A stretch of 64,000 nucleotides of DNA, from positions 806,001 to 870,000 of the forward strand of contig OX597827.1 in NCBI GenBank assembly GCA_951406725.2, read 5' to 3'. The translations under genes were made by a program, and so were the position numbers. Origin of the DNA: Octopus vulgaris (Eukaryota). Of the stretch, positions 55,535 through 64,000 are shown piece by piece (the first letter of the stretch is position 1; each line of letters opens with the position of its first letter). Below the pieces are notes generated by a model that was given only the letters and a program-made list of their open reading frames with translations, was not told the DNA's origin and ran no database searches.

Positions 55535-55718
55535 AGGCGCAGGAGTGGCTGTGTCGTAAGTACCTTGGTTACCAATTTCATGGTTCCAGGTTCAGTCCCA
55601 CCGAGTGCCACCTTGGGCAAGTATCTTCTACTACAGACTCAGACCGGCCAAAGCTTTGTGAGTGGATTTGGTAGGTGGAAACTGAAAGACGCCCTTCGTA
55701 TATATATATATATATATA

Positions 55719-55797
<79 letters not shown>

Positions 55798-55990
55798 CGT
55801 ATGTTTGTGTCTGTGTTTGTCCCCCCAATATCGCTTGACAACCGATGCTGGTGTGTTTACATCCCCGTAACATAGCGGTTCAGCAAAATAAACCGATTGA
55901 ATATGTACTAGGCTTATAAAGAATTTTTGCTCGACTAAAGGTGGTGCTCCAGCATGGCCGCACTCAAATAACTGAAACAAATAAAAGAAT
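55535..55990 (+). mobile_element. SINE family A, full length
   Basis: AGGCGCAGGAGTGGCTGTG..GGTTCAGTCCC..GGTGCTCCAGCATGGCCGC..CTGAAACAAATAAAAG. Confidence 0.9.
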
Positions 55991-56036
55991 ATACAAACAT
56001 AGATGCATATATAGATACCCCCGCACACACACACAC

Positions 56037-56123
<87 letters not shown>

Positions 56124-56229
56124 GGCAAATCGAAAATTAAAAATAAGAAAACAGCTGAAGTCAAAAGGACGTGCACATCATGGAATATATTAGCTTGACG
56201 CTCAGTATAAGATGGAAAATTCGGGTGTG

Positions 56230-56263
56230 TATAACGTTTCGAGCATGGCTCTTCGTCAGAAAG
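56230..56263 (-). ncRNA. Minimal hammerhead motif (GAGC-stem family)
   Basis: Minus strand CTTT-CTGACGA-A-GAGC(CAT)GCTC-GAAA-CG-T-T-ATAC; stem I weak. Confidence 0.7.
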
Positions 56264-56505
56264 AGGAGAAAGGAAAGATCCAGACACGGAAACGTATCCT
56301 AGAAATGTATGTATGTATGCTTGTGGTTTTATATATATATAATTAAATAAATGCTAAGGGAGCAGGGATAACTTGATTAATTTCATTCGCTAACAGCTGT
56401 TTCGGTTATAAGACTATTTACAACCTAATGAAGTAGATAACGCAATCACTGTTCCTTCATCATTCATTAAATTCATATTACGCTCTGTACTCGACTAACG
56501 CTTTC

Positions 56506-56721
56506 TTCTTTTCTTCTATAGGCACAAGGCCCGAAATTTGGGGGGAGGGGACCAGTCGATGAGATCGACTCCAGTACGCAACTGGTACTTAATTTATCGA
56601 CCCCGAAAGGTTGAAAGGCAAAGTCGACCTCGGCGGAATTTGAACTGAGAATATAAAGACAGACGAAATACCACTAAGCATTTCGCCCGACGTGCTAACG
56701 TTTCTGTCATCTCACCGCCTT
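56506..56721 (-). mobile_element. SINE family B, best-preserved copy
   Basis: Minus strand GGCGGTGAG..CGTTAGCACG..GTTCAAATTCCGCCGAGGTCGACTTTGCCTTTCAACCTTTCGGGGTCGATAAATTAAGTACCAG. Confidence 0.9.
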
Positions 56722-57536
56722 GATTAACGATATATTCTAAAGTACATGTATACTGAGTTCCTACACCAGGTCATTTGTATCGATATGTCTATTTCTTCTT
56801 TTTTTTTTGCTTGCAAATGGTTATACATATATACATATATTACTATTGGGGCTGTAGTAGAAAACACTGACCAGTGCCACACAGGGGGAGTGAACTCAGA
56901 ACCACGTGATTGAAAGCAAGCTTCTTAACCACACAGCCTCGCCTACGCCTGTACTGTCTATTATATTGAAAGTACTCCACGTAGTGTGTCCGTAAGTACA
57001 TGACAGTAACTATTTTTGATGTGTTATAAATATTTGTACGTCCAGAGGTTTCAGTCATGTGTGCATCTGAATTGCTTTGAAGCATTTCTAAAATCATTAT
57101 TCCATAGACTGCTTCTGTTTTTGCTCCCATATTCTGGTTATCTTCATTTTCTAGACCTTAATATTTGAAAAGTACTCAGTTTCTTTCAGTAGTATATAAT
57201 CGTATTTTAATATAATCATACTTAGTTTAAGAGCAAATCCTTGATAACAATATCTGACCTGTTAGTCTATCTACATATATTCTCATATCTCAGCGTATTA
57301 TTACTTTCTCATATATTCCAACATCATCGTCATCGTCATCATCGTCCTCCTCCTCCACCCCATCATCATCATCATCATCATCCAGATTTTGCTTGTAAAC
57401 GAACCTTTTTGCAGGATATATACTGGAATAGCTGATATTTAGCATATATAGTTTTATATTTAAGAGATGAGGAATTATGTACATTATTTACACTATTTAC
57501 ATTTGACGGATATTTGTCCTCATCTTGTTTGTTGTT

Positions 57537-57582
57537 AACACAACGTTTCGGCTGATATACCCTCCAGCCTTCATCGGGTGTC
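57537..57582 (-). ncRNA. Minimal hammerhead motif (U4C variant)
   Basis: Minus strand GACAC-CCGATGA-A-GGCTG..CAGCC-GAAA-CG-T-T-GTGTT. Confidence 0.7.
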
Positions 57583-57634
57583 TTGAGGAAATTTCGAACC
57601 TGGCCTCTCATTCCTAAGGTATTTTACGATGTTA

Positions 57635-57669
<35 letters not shown>

Positions 57670-57693
57670 TATTATTATTATTATTATTATTAC

Positions 57694-57773
<80 letters not shown>

Positions 57774-57888
57774 TCACTGCTTGGAATCGACCTGAATAAT
57801 AATAAAAATAATATAATAATAATATAATAATAATAATAATATTGTAAAATACCTTAGGAATGAGAACCCAAGTTGGAAATTTTCCCAT

Positions 57889-57934
57889 GACACCTGATGA
57901 AGGCTGGAGGGTATATCAGCTGAAACATTGTGTT
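57889..57934 (+). ncRNA. Minimal hammerhead motif (helix III G>A variant)
   Basis: GACAC-CTGATGA-A-GGCTG..CAGCT-GAAA-CA-T-T-GTGTT. Confidence 0.7.
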
Positions 57935-58049
57935 AACAACAAACAAGATGAGGAGAAATAACCGTCAAATGTAAATAATGCTGATTTTTAGATCTTGTTT
58001 TTCCCTATAAACTCTACAACCTCTTCAAGTTGGTGTAGTTCGTGTGCTA

Positions 58050-58688
58050 CTATGGTGGTAACGATGATGGTCATGATGTTCTTGATGATAATGATGATGA
58101 CGATGACGAAGATGACGACGACGACGATGACGATGATGATGATGATGATGATAATAATGATGATGATGTTGATGATGATGTTGATGATGTTGATGATGAT
58201 GATGTTGATGATGATGTTGATGTTGATGATATGCTGCTGAAGATGGTGATGATAATGTTGGGTGATACTGATAAAGATGGCGTTAGTGATAATGGTGATA
58301 ACATGGACGAGGATCATAATGATTGTGATGGTGGTGGTCTCGGTGGTGGTGATGGTTATAGTGATGGTGATGGCGATGGTGGTGGAGGTGATGGTGGTGG
58401 AGATGGTGGTGATGATGGTGATGATGATAGAGAAGGGGAGGAGGAGGACTGTAGTGGTGACGATGGTGTCGGTAGTGTTTGTTTTTGGCGATAATGTTCC
58501 TCGTATTTTATGAAGACGATGAGAAAGATGAGATGCATGATGATGATGAAAGCCGATGAAGATAAAGAATGACAGAAGCTCTGGAAGAGGCTGAGGACAA
58601 TGTAAAAGATGGCAGAAAATTATGATGATGATGATTGTGGTGGTGGTGGTGGTGACGGTGGCGGTGGCGGTGGTTGCGGTGGTGGTGG

Positions 58689-58743
<55 letters not shown>

Positions 58744-58744
58744 C

Positions 58745-58792
<48 letters not shown>

Positions 58793-58870
58793 GCGAAGAA
58801 AGTGATGAAGACAATGGTGTTTGGAGAACGATAATCACGAGGATTATCGTCATGACCATCGTACAAAAGA
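58050..58870. repeat. Degenerate (GAT)n/(GGT)n triplet block
   Basis: Direct reading; source of poly-Asp, poly-Met and poly-Ile ORFs. Confidence 0.9.
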
Positions 58871-58924
58871 TGGTAAATACTGTTTCGGTAGTAATAACTA
58901 AATGACATCTGATAATCTCTCTCA

Positions 58925-58960
<36 letters not shown>

Positions 58961-59664
58961 TACATATACCAGTTCATAAACCACACAAACACACACACAC
59001 GCGCGCATACACAATTACATAACACAATCACAAACACACACAAAACCAGCGCACGCACAAAGACACCAGCGTATACACACACATAACACCACACACACAC
59101 ACGCCCACATACACACACGACTAATGTATTTAAAGATAAGCTGTGATGTGATGATAACATTCATAGATTGACAGTGAGCAGATAAAAGAGATTCGTTCAA
59201 TACTAATCAGAGTATTGATCAAAAAGCTGATAATAACTTTATAACCGTGCGTGTGCGCGCGCCTGCGTGTTTCTCTAAGTGTGTGCGTGTGTGTATGTGT
59301 GTGCGTGTGTGTGTGTGTGTGAGTGTGTTTGTATGTGTGAATGGTTTAAAATAAACACATAAACGCAGTGTTATTTAAATGTATTGACATAAACTATATA
59401 TATACACACACTCAAAGCAAACTATATGATCGTCTTTCAAACCAAGGGTCCATTGTCGCCTCCCTGATTCTGCATGTCTGCTTGTCTGTCTGTCAGTCTG
59501 GCTGTTTAGCTGTCCGTCCGCCGCTTGTCTGTCCGTCCGTCCATATGCTACACTGTCTATCTACATATTTGTATGAATACACACTCACACACACACACAA
59601 ACACACACGCACACACGCGCATACATGCACACACAATATGCAGATACACATTTGTACACACGTT

Positions 59665-59830
59665 ACGAGTGGGTGTGTGGTAAGTAACCTCCTTACCAAC
59701 CACATGGTTCCGGGTTCAGTCCCACTGCGTGACACCTTGGGCAAGTGTCTTCTACTGTAGTCTCAGGCCGACCAAAGCCTTGTGAGTGGATTTGGTAGAC
59801 GGAAACTGAAAGAAGCCTGTCATATATATG

Positions 59831-59889
<59 letters not shown>

Positions 59890-60124
59890 GTGCGTGCATG
59901 CGTGCGTGTGTGTGTTTGTGTGTCTGTGTTTGTCACCCCAACATTACTTGACAACCGATGCTGGTATGTTTACGTCCTCGTAACTTAGCGGTTCGGCAAA
60001 AGAGACCGATAGAATAAGTACTAGGGTTACAAAGAATAAGTCCTGGTGTCAATTTGCTCGACTAAAGACGGTGCTCCAGCATGGCAACAGTCAAATAATT
60101 GAAACAAGTAAAAGAGTAAAAGAG
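59665..60124 (+). mobile_element. SINE family A, near full length
   Basis: Colinear with 8079-8483 and 55535-55990. Confidence 0.9.
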
Positions 60125-60145
60125 TGAAAGTGTATATATACACAT

Positions 60146-60188
<43 letters not shown>

Positions 60189-60338
60189 CATACATATATA
60201 TATATACATATCTACATTATATATATATCAATATATATATATATATGTGTATATATATATGTATATATGTATATACATATATATGTATGTATATATATAC
60301 ATATATATATATATTGATAAATATATAATGTATATTTG

Positions 60339-60372
<34 letters not shown>

Positions 60373-60378
60373 TATACT

Positions 60379-60425
<47 letters not shown>

Positions 60426-60444
60426 ATATATATATATATATGTA

Positions 60445-60650
60445 TTTGTGTATCTGTGTTTGTACCCCACCATCGCTTGACAGCTGATGCTGGTGTGTTT
60501 ACGTCCCCGTAACTTAGCAGTATGGCAAAATATACTGATAGAATAGGCACTAGACTTACAAGGAATAACTTCTAGGGTCGATTTATTCGGCTTAAGGCGG
60601 TGCTCCAGCATGGCCGTGGTCAAATGACTGAAACGAGTGAAAGAGAAATA
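60445..60650 (+). mobile_element. SINE family A, 3' half
   Basis: CATCGCTTGACAGCTGATGCTGGTGTGTTTACGTCCCCGTAACTTAGC..GGCGGTGCTCCAGCATGGCC. Confidence 0.85.
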
Positions 60651-61308
60651 GAATACATGAAAGTGTTATAAAAGTGTAGCAAATCTAACGGCGGTGCTCC
60701 AGTATGGTCGTAGCTCTCGAGCTGAAACTAGTTAAAAGTATAAAAGAAAATACATACACACACACACAGACATATGTGTATACACGTACACACAAACCCG
60801 CACACGACCACAGTGTGTGTGTGTATGCGTATATACACATCCATGCACAAACGTACACACACATCCACACTCACACACACACACTCTTCAAACACATATA
60901 CAGATACATAAATCTATACAAACACACACACACAGTGACATCCACGTTGGGAGCGAGCTTTCTCCCCACAGCAGATCGAAGAATCGATGGAATCAGTCAC
61001 ATCCACAAACGTTGTGGAGACCACAGCAGACTGTTAACCAACATCAACAACAACACCAACACCAACAACAACAACAGTTCATTGTATCTTTTTCTTTTTT
61101 TTTTTGTCATGGTCCAGTTGAACAAACAGATTTATCCCAGTCAATAAATTCATCCAGCAGAAGATTAATGTTACTAAGCCTTTCCTATAAAAATGCCTCC
61201 GGTTATGAGTTCAAACCACGCGCGGCAAACATCAAGATGTTTTTTTTAATTGTTTTTTTTGGGGGGTTTTTTTGGTGATATATATACGAAAACGAAAATA
61301 GAAATATA

Positions 61309-61372
<64 letters not shown>

Positions 61373-61605
61373 GTATATATATATATATATACATTTGTAT
61401 TATTTCTCTTCTTGTTTTTTTTTATGTTTATATATGATAATATCCTTTATTTATTTATTGCATTGTTTTATTGTTTTATTTTGCTTTGTTTTACGCTTAA
61501 TCATAAGTTTTTTCCCTGCTATTTTTCTTTTTAATTGCTTCTTTTTTTCTATACACAATTGTTTGATTGCCGGTCTATGTATACATACATACATACATAC
61601 ACACA

Positions 61606-61648
<43 letters not shown>

Positions 61649-64000
61649 CATACGTGCATGGAGATATATACTCCATATGTGTATATATATGGGTATACAT
61701 AATACGTATGTGTTTATGAGATTAGTGCGTTTCTATTATGAGATTAGCGCATTTCATAATCGCAAATTTACTTGACAAATAAAAGCCCTCACATCTTCAC
61801 ACCCTTCTCCATCCCCACATCCCACCCCGGCGCTACTATTTTTCCAAATATATATTCTCTTATATGTTTGTATCTATATTCATTTCCTTTCATATATGTG
61901 TGTATGTGGATATACATACATACACACACACAAACACACACACATATATAAATGTGTGTGTGTGTGTGTGTGTGTGTAACCGCTTCTATTTTATATTATA
62001 TAATTCGACCATTATATCTAGTTGTAGTTTATATCTTCTTGTCTTTATTTTATGCATAGAAACACGTGGAAATTATGCACACACGCACACACTCACACAC
62101 ACGTATATATACATACACATCCATACGTACACATATCTACATACATATGCATACATGCACACTCACGCATATATTCATATATGTGTATGTATATTTATAT
62201 ATATATATCTGTATATATATAAATGTATACATATATAATATATATTTTTGTGTGTGTGTGTATATATATATATAAAGACAGCATATCTATATACATATAT
62301 ATGTACGTATGTACATATATGTATGTATATATATGCATATATATATAGATATATATATATATATAAATATGTACACACATATATGACTGTTTATCTCACC
62401 ATCTATGTATATGTTTACTATAGTTATATATATATTGTTTCTGTTCATGGGTTGTTTTTCTTTGCTACCACCCGCCTCCCCCGCCGCATATCCTATCTCC
62501 GCTGTCATAGGATCATGAAGTGGTCTCTCTATCAACGTAAATATGTAAATATTGGCAAAAGAGAATTGTGTTTTGGCACAAAAAAGGAAGGAAAAAAATC
62601 TATATCACGTTATCTCCCTTTCCCCCTTCACTCTCTTACGTAAATATGTCTTTTATTATAATATGTATATATTTTATTTTATTGCTTTTTGTTGTTATCT
62701 GAGATAGATGCGAGGAGTTTGTAGTGATGTGGGCGGTTCTGTACAGTAGCGGCGATGGTGGTGGTGGTGGTGGTGGTGGTGGTTGTAGCGGTGTTGGAGG
62801 TAGAGGTAGAGGTGGTTGTGGTGGTGGTAGTGGTAGTCGTTGGTGAAGCAAGGCTGTGACCGGAGCAGTTGCACTTGTTCACAGTCTTAGTCAGAACAGT
62901 AAATATACTCATGCACGTGTGCATGTATGTATATGCGTGTGTGTATGTCTGTGTCTGTGTTTGTGTATATATCTGTGTTTGTGTAAGTGTGTATATGTGT
63001 ACGGATATATGTGTGTGTATATATATATATGCGTTTGTGTGTACACCCCACCACACATAATATACATGGGTTGCCTGTATCTATGTAGAAATGTACATCT
63101 TCATATATTTGCATTTGTGTGTGTGTATGTGTGTTTTGTCAGTATATTTGTGTATACATGCATTTATAAAACGCTTTAAGGAATATTGGACTTAGCCGTA
63201 TTCACCATTATTGACCATTATTGACCAATATTGACTAATATTGAACTGCAGCTTTATGAAATTATCGCAAAATCATATCGTTTTCTCTAAGCAGGATTAC
63301 AGAGGCTCAATGACAACACACTTGCATCTGATATCACGCTAGTTTTCTCGCAGCCATGCCTTCCGTTCTGTATTTTAGGCGCTTGCAACAATAAGGATCT
63401 ATAGTTGTAGACATGATTCATATTTAGCATTAATCTTGAAGACATATGACCAAAGGCATTCCAGCGATGACCATCACCAATAATGTATATCTGATCTGGT
63501 ATATATACGCAAGTGCAACAGTATTAAATCAAAATAGCCATATATCTATCATACTTAAAGTATTTACACCATTGATAGGCCTCCTACTGCATTATTTATC
63601 TTGGAATACCATCTCTTATGTACTTAGTGAGTTAAAAGTACAATAATATGAAGGAAAGATGAAAATTCGTCACGTAAGCATCTAGTGAGGACGCCAAATG
63701 CATTGAAAAGGTTCTTCTTGGACCTTTTCAATGGCATCTAGACAGGGTTTTATATATTTCATTTCGTGCCGTATAGTAGCTCATTCCCTCCTTCAAATCG
63801 ACGTTGCCTCAACAGGTGCTCTGTGTAATACGCGTTAGGGGTGGAAGTAATCGCAGAAAAAGTGAGATGAGATGTTTTGTTCAAGTACACAACGCGCCAC
63901 TCGGTCTAGGAATTGACCGATCCTGAGCACAACACCCTAACCATTAGACTATGTTTCCTCACACACACACACACATACACACACATGGTTAGAGTGTAGT

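Larger units (their letters stand above)
57490..57980. mobile_element. Fold-back duplication of a hammerhead-bearing short element
   Basis: Arms ~57495-57775 and ~57789-57976 are reverse-complementary, including the (TTA)n/(TAA)n tracts; 13-nt central loop at 57776-57788. Confidence 0.9.

Noticed and set aside
56388-56468. Minus-strand hammerhead with GAAACAGCTGTT
   Set aside because: The helix III palindrome is present but the core is ATGATGA and stems I and II do not close; at most a relic, not counted.
57988-59160. 390-aa ORF and overlapping poly-Asp ORFs
   Set aside because: Entirely triplet and dinucleotide repeat translation, open in several frames, with no domain.

Overview
This is animal (eukaryotic) non-coding DNA: AT-rich, saturated with microsatellites, and with no intact protein-coding gene that I can support. 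The repeat landscape suggests an octopus or other coleoid cephalopod (inference). Nearly all ORFs in the supplied track are artefacts of (TA)n, (CA)n, (ATCT)n and triplet repeats. Identifiable content: (1) three tRNA-headed SINE families in many copies; (2) decayed mariner and Tigger/pogo transposase fragments and three MITEs, one carrying a tRNA-like Pol III unit; (3) 5'-truncated RLE-type (R4/Dong-like) non-LTR retrotransposons stacked in (TAA)n tracts; (4) a Penelope-like GIY-YIG relic; (5) a 4.1 kb array of a 32-bp minisatellite that starts at a fold-back; (6) a 1.05 kb tandem duplication. The most striking signal is about a dozen minimal type-I hammerhead ribozyme motifs (CUGANGA...GAAA) from several unrelated families. 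Each family has its own palindromic helix III, and three loci are head-to-head inverted pairs. All calls were made by eye and boundaries are approximate.
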